Notes: generated by a model not told the origin, from the sequence alone. A stretch of DNA of 64,000 bases from Alphaproteobacteria bacterium (GCA_963667785.2 CAXXMU010000006.1:448001-512000), one strand, 5' to 3'; positions 1 through 10,321 are shown, counted from the stretch's first letter. Made by a program: numbers and translations.

Positions 1-538
1 TCGCGTGCAGCTCAACGCCCGGCTCGTAGCTCGCCTTGTGGCTGCCGTCCCTGGCGATGCCCATGTCGCCGGTGGCGACGCCCTTGACCCGGCCGTCCTC
101 GTGGTAGAGCACCTCGGCGGCGGCGAAGCCGGGGTAGACCTCGACGCCGAGCTCCTCGGCCTGCTGGCCCAGCCAGCGGCAGAGATTGCCGAGGCTGACG
201 ATGTAGTTGCCGTGGTTGCGCATGGCCGGCGGCAGCAGCGCGCCGGGCATCCTGATGCCGCCCTTGCGGGTGAGGTAGCGGAACTCGTCCGTGCGCGCCG
301 GCGTGTCGAGCGGCGCGCCCTTCTCCTTCCAGTCGGGGATCAGCTCGTCCAGCGCGCGCGGCTCGAAGACGGCGCCGGAGAGGATGTGGGCGCCCACCTC
401 CGAGCCCTTCTCGAGCACGGTGACGGTGATCTCGCGGCCGGTCTCCTGAGCAAGCTGACGCAGGCGTATCGCGGCGGCGAGCCCGGCGGGGCCCGCACCG
501 ACGATCACCACGTCGAATTCCATCGATTCCCGGCTCAT
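1..538 (-). CDS. Electron transfer flavoprotein-ubiquinone oxidoreductase, N-terminal part (runs off window)
   Basis: Manual translation from ATG at 538: [26 protein letters not shown]...[15 protein letters not shown]...[16 protein letters not shown]. Not listed in the ORF track. Confidence 0.93.
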   Translation of the reverse strand, partial: MSRESMEFDVVIVGAGPAGLAAAIRLRQLAQETGREITVTVLEKGSEVGAHILSGAVFEPRALDELIPDWKEKGAPLDTPARTDEFRYLTRKGGIRMPGALLPPAMRNHGNYIVSLGNLCRWLGQQAEELGVEVYPGFAAAEVLYHEDGRVKGVATGDMGIARDGSHKASYEPGVELHA

Positions 539-666
539 GCGCCTTGTCGATTGTCGCCGAAAAAGGCGTGCGCGCAAGCACGCTCCCGTGACGCCGCCCG
601 ATTGTCACGCCGGGGAGCGTCTGATACCAAGCCGGCCCCGCCGAGCCAGGAGTTGGGACACGTCCG

Positions 667-1659
667 ATGAAGTTGCTCGCCATATTCGCCATCGCGGTCG
701 CCTTCTCGGTCGGGAGCGCGAGAGCCGAAGGCGTGGGCTTCCGCGACATCCTCGTCGAGGCCGACGGCGAGAGGCTTCGCACCGCGCTCTGGTATCCGAT
801 CGAGGCGGCGAGCGGACGGACGACCGTCGGGCCGTTCACCATGAACGCGACCCGGGATGCATCGCCGGGAACCGGGCCATACGGCCTCGTCCTGATCTCG
901 CACGGGACCGGCGGCGGTCGCCTGAACCACCGTGAGACGGCGATCCGTCTCGCCGAGGGCGGCTACATCGTGGCGGCACCGGAACATGCCGGCGACAGCT
1001 GGCGCGACGGCACGTACAGCGGCACGGCGGAGAATTGGCGCCGGCGCCCGCGCCAGCTCAGCGCAGTTCTAGACTGGGTCCTGGGCAATGCCGAGCTCGG
1101 CCCCCGCATCGACCCGGCGCGGATCGGGGCCATCGGGCACTCGGCCGGGGGCTACAGCGTGCTCGCCCTGATCGGCGGACGGGCCGACCTGACGTCCCTC
1201 GTGCATCACTGCACCCGTCACCGCGACGAGGACCCACAGTTCTGCGCCTACGGCCGTCCCGGAGGGCAAGACGACACCGCAATGCCGAGCGTAATGCCGA
1301 GCCTCTCGGACCCGCGGGTGGGTGCCGTCGCGGCCGTTGCACCCGTCGGCGCGCTCTTCGGCGAAGACGCCTTCGCGGGCGTCACGGTACCGGTGCACAT
1401 CCATCGCCTCGCCGAAGACCGGGTCCTGCGCGAGCCGTGGCACGCGGAGAACATCGCGGCGCTGCTGGGAGATCGCGCGCGCCTGATAGTCCACCCGGAA
1501 GCCCACCATTTCGCGTTCATCACGCCGTTCCCGGACGCGATGGTCGATGGCGTGGGCGCGCCGGCGCGCGATCCGGCGGGCTTCGACCGGCGCGCCTTCC
1601 TCGCCGAGATCGACGGCCAGATTCTGGATTTTCTGGACGGTACCCTGCCTGCGCCGTGA
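667..1659 (+). CDS. Secreted alpha/beta hydrolase (dienelactone hydrolase-like)
   Basis: Signal peptide, SHGTGG motif, GHSAGG nucleophile elbow, HHFAF. Confidence 0.8.
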   Translation: MKLLAIFAIAVAFSVGSARAEGVGFRDILVEADGERLRTALWYPIEAASGRTTVGPFTMNATRDASPGTGPYGLVLISHGTGGGRLNHRETAIRLAEGGYIVAAPEHAGDSWRDGTYSGTAENWRRRPRQLSAVLDWVLGNAELGPRIDPARIGAIGHSAGGYSVLALIGGRADLTSLVHHCTRHRDEDPQFCAYGRPGGQDDTAMPSVMPSLSDPRVGAVAAVAPVGALFGEDAFAGVTVPVHIHRLAEDRVLREPWHAENIAALLGDRARLIVHPEAHHFAFITPFPDAMVDGVGAPARDPAGFDRRAFLAEIDGQILDFLDGTLPAP

Positions 1660-1680
1660 GCAGGGACGCGCGGCCGCTCC

Positions 1681-1908
1681 CTAGAGCATTATCCGACCAT
1701 ACGAGGTCACCACGGCTTGACCCCCACCTCCCCCTGTCCCCCTCCCCCAAAGGCGGAGGGGGAACGTGACGGCACCGCCTTCTCTCCCTCTCCGCCCCTG
1801 GGGGCGGAGAGGGCCGGGGTGAGGTGGGGGAAGCTCGGGCAACACCGCACGAAGATTGGGCACCCGCAGCAACGCGCTGCGATCGTGTCTGAACGAAAAG
1901 TGCTCTAG
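1681..1908. repeat. MITE-like repeat, copy 1 (228 bp)
   Basis: Terminal inverted repeat CTAGAGCA...TGCTCTAG, internal GC hairpins, near-identical to 10067-10294 and 29717-29949. Confidence 0.9.
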
Positions 1909-3600
1909 TCAGGCGGTATAGCCGTAGTCGCGGCTGGCGGCGGCGGGTGTGACGTAGCCCTCCGCCAGGTCTTCTTCCACCGCGTCGCGGGCGCGCTCGT
2001 GCGGCTCGCCGTAGCCGCCGCCGCCCGGCACGATGAGCCGCACGCGATCGCCGGGCCGGAGGCGGATGTTGGCGTACTTCGACGACGACGCCTTGCCGTG
2101 GGTCTCGGTCACCGGGCGCCACTCGTCCGCGCCCTCCGGCCGCACCAGCGTCGCGCCGACCGCGCCCTCCTTGCCGCCGAAGAGGCCCCAGGTCTTGATC
2201 CGGTGCCGGTCGGTGCACTGGCTCGCGGTGATCTCCGCCGAGAGCGTCCGCAGCGTCTTGCGATAGCCGAGCCCGCCGCGATGCCGGCCGGGGCCACCGG
2301 AATCGGGCGTCATCGCGAAGTCCTCGACCTGGAAGGGGAAGCGGGTCTCGAACACCTCGACCGGGTTGAAGCGGCAGTTGCCGTTGATGGCGATGACGCA
2401 GTCGTTGCCGTCGGCGAAGTCGCGCCCGCCCCAGCCGCCGGAGATCAGGTCGTAGCAGGCGAAGTACTCGTCGTAGTCCGGGTGATGGCCGCCGAAGACG
2501 AAGTTGCCGCCGGTGCCGCTTTCCGCCGCCATCGCCCGCTCCGGCGCGCCCTGGGCCAGCGCGCCGATGACGATCAGCGCGAGCCTCGGGTGGGTCTCGG
2601 TATTGCCCGCCACCTCGGGCGCCGGGTAGTCGACATTGGCGACCGTGCCGGGCCGCGCCACGATCTTGATCGGGCGGAAGCAGCCGGAGTTCTTCGGGAT
2701 CGACGGATCGGTCATGTGGAAGAGCGCGTTGTAGGTGGCCGACCAGGTGACGCCGAGGGTGGCGTTGATCGGCCCCTTCGCCTGGTCGTCGGTGCCCGAG
2801 AAGTCGGCGATCAGCTCGTCCCCCTGGACGAAGACGTCGACCCTGAGCTGATAGGGCTTGTCCTCGATTCCGTCGTTCTCGACGGTATCCTCGAAGTGGT
2901 AGCGGCCGTCGGGGAACTGCACGATCTCGGCGCGCATGCGCCGCTCCGAATAGTCCATCAGGTCGTTGCAGGTCTCGCGCCAGAGCGCGCGGCCGTACTT
3001 GGCGACCATCTCCTTCAGCCGCGCCTCGCCGAGGTCGAGCGCGCCGATCATGGCGCGCAGGTCGCCGTAGTTGTAGCGGGGCGTGCGCACGTTCGCGAGG
3101 ATCAGCTTCCACACCGAATCCACGTCCTGCCCGCGCTTCATGATCTTGACCGGCGGCACCCGCACGCCCTCGTGGAAGATCTCCGTCGCCTCGCCGGCGA
3201 AGCCGCCGGGCACCATGCCGCCGACCTCGGCGATGTGCCCGATGGCGACGACGAAGGCGAGCAGCTTGCCGTCGGCGTAGACCGGCTTGAACAGCGTGTG
3301 CTCCGGCACGTGCAGGCCGCCCCTGTAGGGGTCGTTGTGGATGATGACGTCGCCTTCCTCGATCTCGTCGATCGGGATCTCCTCGGCGCAGGTCTTGATG
3401 AGGAGCGGCATGCCGCCGATCTGCGCCGGGCAGAACTCGGCGACCGAGACCATCTCGCCGTCGGTGTCGGCGATGGCGCAGGTGAAGTCGAGGCCTTCGT
3501 TGAAGATCGTCGAATAGGACGTCTTCATCAGGGTGATGCCCATTTCCCGGCAGATCGACACCATCGACGAATCGATGATGTTCATCGTCACCATGTCCAT
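1909..3600 (-). CDS. Hydantoinase B / oxoprolinase family protein
   Basis: EMGITLMKTSYSTIFNEGLDF, HNDPYRGGLH, EIFHEG, DSGGPGRHRGG, PGGGGYG. Start taken at MDMVTMN. Confidence 0.92.
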   Translation of the reverse strand: MDMVTMNIIDSSMVSICREMGITLMKTSYSTIFNEGLDFTCAIADTDGEMVSVAEFCPAQIGGMPLLIKTCAEEIPIDEIEEGDVIIHNDPYRGGLHVPEHTLFKPVYADGKLLAFVVAIGHIAEVGGMVPGGFAGEATEIFHEGVRVPPVKIMKRGQDVDSVWKLILANVRTPRYNYGDLRAMIGALDLGEARLKEMVAKYGRALWRETCNDLMDYSERRMRAEIVQFPDGRYHFEDTVENDGIEDKPYQLRVDVFVQGDELIADFSGTDDQAKGPINATLGVTWSATYNALFHMTDPSIPKNSGCFRPIKIVARPGTVANVDYPAPEVAGNTETHPRLALIVIGALAQGAPERAMAAESGTGGNFVFGGHHPDYDEYFACYDLISGGWGGRDFADGNDCVIAINGNCRFNPVEVFETRFPFQVEDFAMTPDSGGPGRHRGGLGYRKTLRTLSAEITASQCTDRHRIKTWGLFGGKEGAVGATLVRPEGADEWRPVTETHGKASSSKYANIRLRPGDRVRLIVPGGGGYGEPHERARDAVEEDLAEGYVTPAAASRDYGYTA

Positions 3601-3717
3601 GCTGCGCCCTCCCCGCGCTCGGCACCGCTCGGCCGCGCCCGGCGCCGACAATAGCCCGGATGTCGCGCCAGGGTCACGGCCTGCGTCGGCAGCCGACGTG
3701 CGCGCTATAGTCGCGCG

Positions 3718-4530
3718 ATGGCCCGCCTCGTCCTGATCGCCCTTCTGCTGATCGCCGTGCCGGGCGCGGGCGCCGCGGCCGGCGGCGCCATCCCCGCCGT
3801 CCCGTCGCCGGCCGGGCTCACGCTCACGAGCGAGGCGCGGGTGGCGGACGTGATCGACGGCGCCACTCTGCTGCTCGACAATGGCGACACGGTGCGGCTT
3901 GCCGGCATCCTGGTCCCGCACCCGGGACGGGGACGGGACGGGACGGGATCGGGGGAGGCGCGGCTCGCGGCAGAGGCGCACCAGGAGCTAGCCGGGCTGG
4001 TGCAGGGCCGCCTCGTGGGCCTCGCGTTCGACGACATCCGGCGGGATCGTCACGGCCGGCTGCGCGCCCACCTCGTGCGAGCGGACGACGGCGCCTGGAT
4101 TCAGGGAACCCTGCTCGAGGCCGGCCTCGCGCGGGTCATGAGCCTCGCCAACGAGCGGGCGGCGGTTGCCGAGATGCTGGCGAACGAGCGCAGCGCGCGC
4201 GCAGCGCGGCGCGGCCTCTGGGCCGAGCCCCGCTACCGGGTTCTGGCCGCAGCCGAGGCAGGCGAAGGACTCCGCAGCTTCGGCCTGGTGGAAGGGCGGG
4301 TGCGGCGCGCCGCGGTCGTGCGCGGCCGCGGCTACCTGAACTTCGGCGCGGACTGGCGCAGCGACTTCACGGTCTCGATCGCGCCCCGCGACCGCCGGCG
4401 CTTCGAGGCCGCGGGCATCGCGGTCGACGACTACGAGGGGCGCCTGGTGCGCGTGCGCGGCTGGATCGAGTCCTTCAACGGCCCCATGATCGAGGCCACC
4501 CATCCGGAGCAGATCGAGGTGCTCGAGTAG
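3718..4530 (+). CDS. Thermonuclease (SNase-like) family protein
   Basis: VIDGATL, VRLAGI, DRHGRLRAH, AARRGLW; signal peptide. Confidence 0.85.
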   Translation: MARLVLIALLLIAVPGAGAAAGGAIPAVPSPAGLTLTSEARVADVIDGATLLLDNGDTVRLAGILVPHPGRGRDGTGSGEARLAAEAHQELAGLVQGRLVGLAFDDIRRDRHGRLRAHLVRADDGAWIQGTLLEAGLARVMSLANERAAVAEMLANERSARAARRGLWAEPRYRVLAAAEAGEGLRSFGLVEGRVRRAAVVRGRGYLNFGADWRSDFTVSIAPRDRRRFEAAGIAVDDYEGRLVRVRGWIESFNGPMIEATHPEQIEVLE

Positions 4531-4564
4531 CGCACCTCGGCCGGGGCGCCGCCTCCGCCGCGCC

Positions 4565-5668
4565 CTACTCCGCCGCCGCCTGCCAGCCGATCTCGGCGCG
4601 GAGCCGGGGCATCAGCTCGGTCGCGGTGAGCTCCATGTGGCGCCGCCAGAGGTCCTTATGGACCCAGTCGTGGTGCGAGACGATCAGGGTCTCGAACGGC
4701 CCGGTCTCGTCCCGGAAGGCGGCGATCTTCTTGGCCACCGTCTTGGGGCTGCCGGCGGTGACGATGGTGTCGATGCAGTACTCGGGCGTCACCTCCTCAT
4801 CCGGCATGTCGGGGTCGGACTTCAGCATGTGGACGAAGCCGCCGTGGCTGGTGACGCCGATGATGTACTCGAAGTACCAGCGGAAGGCGTTGTCCTCGCG
4901 CCTGAGATACTGGCGCGCCTCCTCGTCGGTCTCGGTGATCAGCAGCGTGCGGCCCGCCTTCCACATGGACGGGTCGGGCTGCTTCCCGAGCTTCTTGCAC
5001 TCGTCCAGATAGTCGCGCCAGTGGCCCTTGAGCACATCGTCGGGCACGAAGTTGGCGGAGATGCAGCTCCAGCCCCGCTGGGCTGCGAGCCGGATGCTGC
5101 CGGAGCCGCGGCTCATGGCCGGGATCATCACCGGCGGGTGGGGCTTCTGGTAGGGCTTGCCCATGCCGCCGACGCCGATGTCGGGCAGCACGTTGTCCTT
5201 GATCACGAAGTCCCAGTACTTGCCGTGGAACTCGTAGGGCGGGTCCGAGGCCCAGATGCCGTGGATCATGTCGATCGATTCGACCAGCATCTCCATGCGG
5301 TCGAGGTCGGTGATCTTGAACATCTCGAAGTCGGGCGGCGTGGCGCCGGGCCCGATCCCCATCAGGAAGCGGCCCTCGGAGATATGGTCGAACTGCGCCG
5401 CCTGGCCGGCGACGATCGCCGGGTGCTGATAGGGCAGGCAGAGGACACCGGAGCCGAACTTGATCCGCTCGGTCTGGGGCACCAGCGCCGCGAACAGCAT
5501 GAGCGGCGACTGGATCGGCTCGGAGGGAAGCGCGAAATGCTCGCCCAGCCAGACCTCGTCGAAGCCGACCGCGTCGGCGCACGTGATGATCTCGAAGTCT
5601 TCCTTGAGCAGCGTGTGATAGCCCCGACGGAAATCCTGGATCGGGTGCATGAACATGCCGAGCTTCAT
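4565..5668 (-). CDS. Luciferase-like (LLM class) flavin-dependent oxidoreductase
   Basis: MKLGMFMHP, GFDEVWLGEHF, DHISEGRFLMGIGPG. Confidence 0.9.
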   Translation of the reverse strand: MKLGMFMHPIQDFRRGYHTLLKEDFEIITCADAVGFDEVWLGEHFALPSEPIQSPLMLFAALVPQTERIKFGSGVLCLPYQHPAIVAGQAAQFDHISEGRFLMGIGPGATPPDFEMFKITDLDRMEMLVESIDMIHGIWASDPPYEFHGKYWDFVIKDNVLPDIGVGGMGKPYQKPHPPVMIPAMSRGSGSIRLAAQRGWSCISANFVPDDVLKGHWRDYLDECKKLGKQPDPSMWKAGRTLLITETDEEARQYLRREDNAFRWYFEYIIGVTSHGGFVHMLKSDPDMPDEEVTPEYCIDTIVTAGSPKTVAKKIAAFRDETGPFETLIVSHHDWVHKDLWRRHMELTATELMPRLRAEIGWQAAAE

Positions 5669-5764
5669 CGTGCGCCTCCCGAGCGGCATTCGTTTCTTGT
5701 GGCCGCCATTATGGAGACCCCGCGCACCCGCGTCCAACCGGTGGCGGGCGATCGGGCGTCCCCT

Positions 5765-6151
5765 TCACCACAGCCGGTAAACGCCGTAGCGATCGAATGC
5801 CGCATCGACCGAGACGATCGCCATCTCGTGCCTCAAGGCCTGGGCAATGAGGATCCGGTCGAAGGGATCGCGGTGGTGATCGGGCAATCGGCCGGCACGC
5901 TCCGCATCGGCGACACTGATCGCCAGCGCTTCGAATCCCTCATCTTCGATGCAGCCGGCAACGTCCGTCGCGACGGCTTCAGCCTCTGGCAACCTGCCGA
6001 GACGGTACTTGGTGGCGATCTCCCACGCCGAGGCTGCGCTGACGACGATGTCGTTCGTCTCGTCAAAGATCACTCGACGCGCCGTCGCGGGAAGGCTGGG
6101 GCTGTCCTCGACCCACCACAGAAACGCATGGGTGTCCAACAGCACCCGCAT
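5765..6151 (-). CDS. vapC: VapC-type PIN domain toxin
   Basis: LLDTHAFLWW, SAASAWEI, HRDPFDRILIAQA. Confidence 0.92.
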   Translation of the reverse strand: MRVLLDTHAFLWWVEDSPSLPATARRVIFDETNDIVVSAASAWEIATKYRLGRLPEAEAVATDVAGCIEDEGFEALAISVADAERAGRLPDHHRDPFDRILIAQALRHEMAIVSVDAAFDRYGVYRLW

Positions 6152-6154
6152 CGC

Positions 6155-6388
6155 CTATCCACCTTCCCAGAGCTTGAGCTCCTCTTCCGGCAGCGGGTCG
6201 AAAAAGTCGTCGGGAATGACCACCTTCCCCTTGAGGCGACCAGGACGGCGCTTCTTCAGGGGCTTGCAAGCGACGAGCCGCACCACAGGCTCGCCGCGGC
6301 GAGCGATCACCACCTCCTCGCCGGCCTCGACCCTCGCGAGCAGGCGGGAAAGCTGGGTCTTGGCTTCATGGACATTCACGATAGTCAT
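6155..6388 (-). CDS. Phd/YefM family antitoxin
   Basis: VNVHEAKTQLSRLL...GEEVVIARRGEPV; directly upstream of the PIN toxin. Confidence 0.9.
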   Translation of the reverse strand: MTIVNVHEAKTQLSRLLARVEAGEEVVIARRGEPVVRLVACKPLKKRRPGRLKGKVVIPDDFFDPLPEEELKLWEGG

Positions 6389-6412
6389 GACGCACCCCAC
6401 CCAAACCACGAT

Positions 6413-6434
6413 TCTGGCTAATATCTTAGCTAGA
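6413..6434. promoter_or_regulatory. Probable toxin-antitoxin autoregulatory operator
   Basis: Inverted repeat TCTgGCTAA-TATC-TTAGCtAGA in an AT-rich patch just upstream of the antitoxin. Confidence 0.5.
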
Positions 6435-6484
6435 TACGCGGCGATTTCAAGGACCGACCGTCTGCCTTCAGTGGGTGCCAGCGA

Positions 6485-7219
6485 TCAGCGGTCCGCCTCC
6501 ACGAGCCGGGGCAGGATCTCGCTCTCGGCGCGGGCCACGTCCTCCGGAAAGTCGATCTCGATCCAGGGCAGGCCGGTGACGTCCTCGAAGCCGAAGGGCG
6601 GCGTCGCAGCGCGGAGGACCGCGGCGACGGCATCCTCCATGGGGCGCTCCGTGCCGCCGTCATCGATCATCCGCCCGGCGGTGGCGACGAGCGCCGCCGC
6701 CATTCCCTCGCTGAGGCGGAAGAAGCCGACCGATTCGCCCAGCGCCTCGGTCGCCGGGTCGATGGTCTTGCCGAAATCGGCGGGCACGCCTCCCTTGAGG
6801 CCGAGCTTGACCGGCTCCTCGCCCGGCTCCCAGGCGCGATCCACCAGCAGGCAGTCGGCATGGCGCGTCTCGATCAGGGGCGCGAGCACGCGGCGGTCGT
6901 AGAGCACGTCGCCGTCCATCAGCAGCACCGGGCCGCCTGCCGTGAGCGCCTCGCGCACGCACCAGAGGGTGAGGATGCTGCCCTGCTCGTAATCGGGGTT
7001 GTAGACGGTCGAGACCTCGCTCCGGCCCAGCGTCGTGAGCGCCCTCTCGATCGCCAGCGCCTCGTGGCCGATGCCGATCACGAGCTCGGCCACGCCGAGG
7101 GCGTCGAGAATGGCGAGGTGGCGTTGCAGCAGGCTGCGCCCGCCGAAGCTGAGCAGCACCTTCGGCTCGGCTTGTCCCAGGCGCCGGCCGACGCCGGCGG
7201 CAAGCATGACGGCGCGCAT
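6485..7219 (-). CDS. Phosphocholine cytidylyltransferase-like NTP transferase
   Basis: MRAVMLAAGVGRRL...PKVLL, MDGDVLYD, WIEIDFPED. Confidence 0.85.
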   Translation of the reverse strand: MRAVMLAAGVGRRLGQAEPKVLLSFGGRSLLQRHLAILDALGVAELVIGIGHEALAIERALTTLGRSEVSTVYNPDYEQGSILTLWCVREALTAGGPVLLMDGDVLYDRRVLAPLIETRHADCLLVDRAWEPGEEPVKLGLKGGVPADFGKTIDPATEALGESVGFFRLSEGMAAALVATAGRMIDDGGTERPMEDAVAAVLRAATPPFGFEDVTGLPWIEIDFPEDVARAESEILPRLVEADR

Positions 7220-7270
7220 GGCGGAACGTTCGGCGTTGTCACGACCCCGATTCCGGCTATATGTCGGCGC

Positions 7271-7966
7271 ATGGTCGAACGCAAGACGGGTGAGAGCGAG
7301 GCCTCCGGCGGAGGCGCGGGCGACGAGGCCGGCACGACTGCCGAGAAGAAGCCGCGCATGGCCTGGGATCAGCGGCTCGCCCGCTGGATGGTGCGGCCGC
7401 TGGTGCACACGCCGGTCACGCCCAACCACATCACCACGGTCCGGCTTCTCCTCGGGCTCGCGGCCTGCGGGCTCTTCGCGATGGGTACGCGGCCCGAGAT
7501 CCTCTATGCCGCCGGGCTCTTCATGCTGTCGAACTTCGTCGATCACATGGACGGCGAGCTGGCCAGGCTTTCGGGCAAGTCGAGCCGCTTCGGCTATCAC
7601 TACGACAACTACTCCGATGCCTTCCTCCACGTCGCGCTCTTCGTCTGCATCGGCATCGGCCTGCAGGAGAGCTGGATCGGCGACTGGGCGCCCTGGCTCG
7701 GACTCATCGCCGGCGTCTCGGTCTCCGCGCTCTTCCTCATGTTCTGGCGGATCGAACAACGCGCCGGCACGCGCCAGGCGCGCCAGCCGATGTTCAAGGG
7801 AATCCACCTGGAGGACGCGATGTACTTCATCGGCCCCATCACCTGGAGCGGCGGGCTGATCGTGCTGCTGCTCGCCGGCGTCGCCCTGCCGCCGCTCTAC
7901 GTGGCCTGGCTCGCCTGGAAGGAGCGCGGCCTGCTCTTCGGCAAGCGGCCGGCGGCCCAGCCATGA
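7271..7966 (+). CDS. CDP-alcohol phosphatidyltransferase
   Basis: TPNHIT and DHMDGELAR...G...D...D signature. Confidence 0.88.
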   Translation: MVERKTGESEASGGGAGDEAGTTAEKKPRMAWDQRLARWMVRPLVHTPVTPNHITTVRLLLGLAACGLFAMGTRPEILYAAGLFMLSNFVDHMDGELARLSGKSSRFGYHYDNYSDAFLHVALFVCIGIGLQESWIGDWAPWLGLIAGVSVSALFLMFWRIEQRAGTRQARQPMFKGIHLEDAMYFIGPITWSGGLIVLLLAGVALPPLYVAWLAWKERGLLFGKRPAAQP

Positions 7967-8949
7967 CCACGCTGGTCACCGGCGCCACCGGCTTTCTCGG
8001 CTCGGCGGTCGCCCACGCGCTGCTCGATGCCGGCCACGCCGTACGCGTGCTCACGCGGGCGCGCGCGGACACGCGCAACATCGACGGCCTCGACGTGGAC
8101 CGCGCCACGGGCGATCTCACCGACCGCCCCTCGCTGGAGCGTGCGGCCAGGGGCTGCGATACCCTGTTCCATGTGGCGGCCGACTATCGCCTCTGGATAC
8201 CGGATCCCGCCGCCGTCTACCGCACCAACGTGGAGGGCAGCCGCGACCTGTTGCGGGCCGCGGCGGAAGCCGGCGCCACGCGCATCGTCTACACCTCGTC
8301 GGTCGCCACCCTCGGCCTCAACGCCGATCACTCGCCCGCCGACGAGGACACGCCGGTGACCGAGGCCGCCATGATCGGCCACTACAAGCGCTCGAAGTAC
8401 CTGGCCGAGGAGGCGGTGCGCGCGCTCGTCCGCGACGAGGGCGTGCCGGCGGTCATCGTCAACCCCTCCGCCCCGATCGGCCCGCGCGACATCAAGCCGA
8501 CGCCCACCGGGCGGATCATCGTCGACTTCGCCGCCGGCCGCATGCCGGCCTACGTCGATACCGGCCTCAACGTCGTCCACGTCGACGACTGCGCCGCCGG
8601 TCACCTGCTGGCGCTGGAGAAGGGGGTGATCGGCGAGCGCTACATCCTCGGCGGCGAGGACATGACGCTGCGCCAGATCCTCGCGTGCCTGGCGCGACTC
8701 AGCGGGCGGAGGCCGCCCGGCATCAGGCTCTCCCACCGGGTGCTGGCGCCGGTGGCCGTCGCTGCCGAGGCCTGGGCGAGGCTGGCGGGTGGCGAGCCCA
8801 GGCTCACCCGCGACAGCCTGCGAATGGCGCGCAAGATGATGTTCTTCTCGTCCGCCAAGGCCGCGAGCGAGCTCGGCTACGCGGCCCGGCCGGCCGAGGA
8901 GGCGCTGGCCGACGCGCTCGCCTGGTTCCGCGCCAACGGCTACGTGTGA
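7963..8949 (+). CDS. hpnA: NAD-dependent epimerase, hopanoid-associated HpnA-like
   Basis: VTGATGFLG, HVAADYRLW, GHYKRSK, PRDIKPTPTG. Confidence 0.85.
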   Translation: MTTLVTGATGFLGSAVAHALLDAGHAVRVLTRARADTRNIDGLDVDRATGDLTDRPSLERAARGCDTLFHVAADYRLWIPDPAAVYRTNVEGSRDLLRAAAEAGATRIVYTSSVATLGLNADHSPADEDTPVTEAAMIGHYKRSKYLAEEAVRALVRDEGVPAVIVNPSAPIGPRDIKPTPTGRIIVDFAAGRMPAYVDTGLNVVHVDDCAAGHLLALEKGVIGERYILGGEDMTLRQILACLARLSGRRPPGIRLSHRVLAPVAVAAEAWARLAGGEPRLTRDSLRMARKMMFFSSAKAASELGYAARPAEEALADALAWFRANGYV

Positions 8950-9061
8950 ACGGCCCGGCGCGAGCCGTGACTCCGGCGAGACATCCGGGCTAGAACGGGC
9001 GCCACCGCTCACGGCCGCCGTATCGCGGCGACAACCAGACACGACAGGACGGGACAGGGGA

Positions 9062-10030
9062 ATGGAATACGGCTTCAACGTACCGAACGGCGGGCCGCTG
9101 GCCGTGCCGGAGCACATCGGCACCATCGCCCGGCACGGCGAGAAGATGGGCTATCGCATTCTGGCGATCCCGGACCACATCGTGGTGCCCAAGGGCATCG
9201 AATCGCCCTACCCCTACTCGCCCGACGGCACGCTCAACTTTCCGACGCTGCTCGCCGGCGAGTGCCTGGAGCCGATCGCGCTGATGGCCTATCTCGCCGG
9301 CATCACCAGCGAGATGCGGCTGCTCACCTCGGTGATGGTGGTCCCCTACCGCCAGCCGGTGCTGACGGCCAAGCTGCTGTCGACCATCGACCTGCTCTCC
9401 GGTGGGCGCGCGGTGGTGGGAGTCGGCGCCGGCTGGATGGCCGAGGAGTTCCCGCCCGTCGGCGCGCCGCCGTTCGAGGCGCGGGGGCGGGCGACCGACG
9501 AGTACCTGCGCATCTACAAGGAGCTTTGGACCGCCGACGCACCCAGCTACGATGGCGAGTTCACCTCCTTCGACAACATCCTGTTCCATCCCAAGCCGGT
9601 GCAGAAGCCGCACCCTCCGATCTGGGTCGGCGGCGAGAGCAAGCCGGCGAAGCGGCGCACCGCGCGCTACGGCGACGCCTGGTTCCCCATCGGCTGCAAC
9701 CCACGCTTTCCGATGGACACGATCGGCCGCTTCGCCGCCGGGCTCGACGACGTGCGCGCCCTGGCGGAGGCGGAGGGGCGCGATCCCGCCAGCATCGACG
9801 TCGCCTTCTGGGCCGTCTGGTACGGCGCCAGCGAGGAGCCGATCCTGACGGATACCGGCGAGCGCATGCTGATCTCGGGCTCGGCCGACGACATCGCGAG
9901 CGACATCAAGGCGATGCGCGAGCTCGGCGTGCGCCACCTGGTGCTGCAGATGCTGCGCCCGACCATCGAGGAAACGCTGGACGCCATCACCCAGTTCGCC
10001 GAGGAGGTGCGCCCCAAGGCCGACGGGTGA
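9062..10030 (+). CDS. LLM class (F420-dependent-like) oxidoreductase
   Basis: DHIVVP, DLLSGGR...GVGAGWMAEEF, PKPVQKPHPPIWVGG. Confidence 0.88.
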   Translation: MEYGFNVPNGGPLAVPEHIGTIARHGEKMGYRILAIPDHIVVPKGIESPYPYSPDGTLNFPTLLAGECLEPIALMAYLAGITSEMRLLTSVMVVPYRQPVLTAKLLSTIDLLSGGRAVVGVGAGWMAEEFPPVGAPPFEARGRATDEYLRIYKELWTADAPSYDGEFTSFDNILFHPKPVQKPHPPIWVGGESKPAKRRTARYGDAWFPIGCNPRFPMDTIGRFAAGLDDVRALAEAEGRDPASIDVAFWAVWYGASEEPILTDTGERMLISGSADDIASDIKAMRELGVRHLVLQMLRPTIEETLDAITQFAEEVRPKADG

Positions 10031-10066
10031 ATGCGCGCGCTTGACCTCGACCGTCCGCCGTCATAG

Positions 10067-10294
10067 CTAGAGCATTATCCGACCATACGAGGTCACCACG
10101 GCTTGACTCCCACCTCCCCCTGTCCCCCTCCCCCAAAGGCGGAGGGGGAACGCGACGGCGCCGCCTTCTCTCCCTCTCCGCCCCCGGGGGCGGAGAGGGC
10201 CGGGGTGAGGTGGGGGAAGCTCGGGCAACACCGCACGAAGATTGGGCACCCGCAGCAACTCGCTGCGATCGTGTCTGAACGAAAAGTGCTCTAG
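10067..10294. repeat. MITE-like repeat, copy 2
   Basis: Same terminal repeats and body as 1681-1908. Confidence 0.9.
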
Positions 10295-10321
10295 ACGACG
10301 ACCCTGCTTCGGTCGAAGACG

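Noticed and set aside
1717-1908. 63-aa ORFs inside the MITE copies
   Set aside because: No transposase features or RBS, and the copy-3 insertion changes the frame; likely incidental.
1909-3600. Hydantoinase B without an adjacent A subunit
   Set aside because: Split A and B genes are common and the partner may be elsewhere.
3923-3948. GGGAC microsatellite in the nuclease gene
   Set aside because: Short and imperfect, with the frame intact; no evidence of phase variation.
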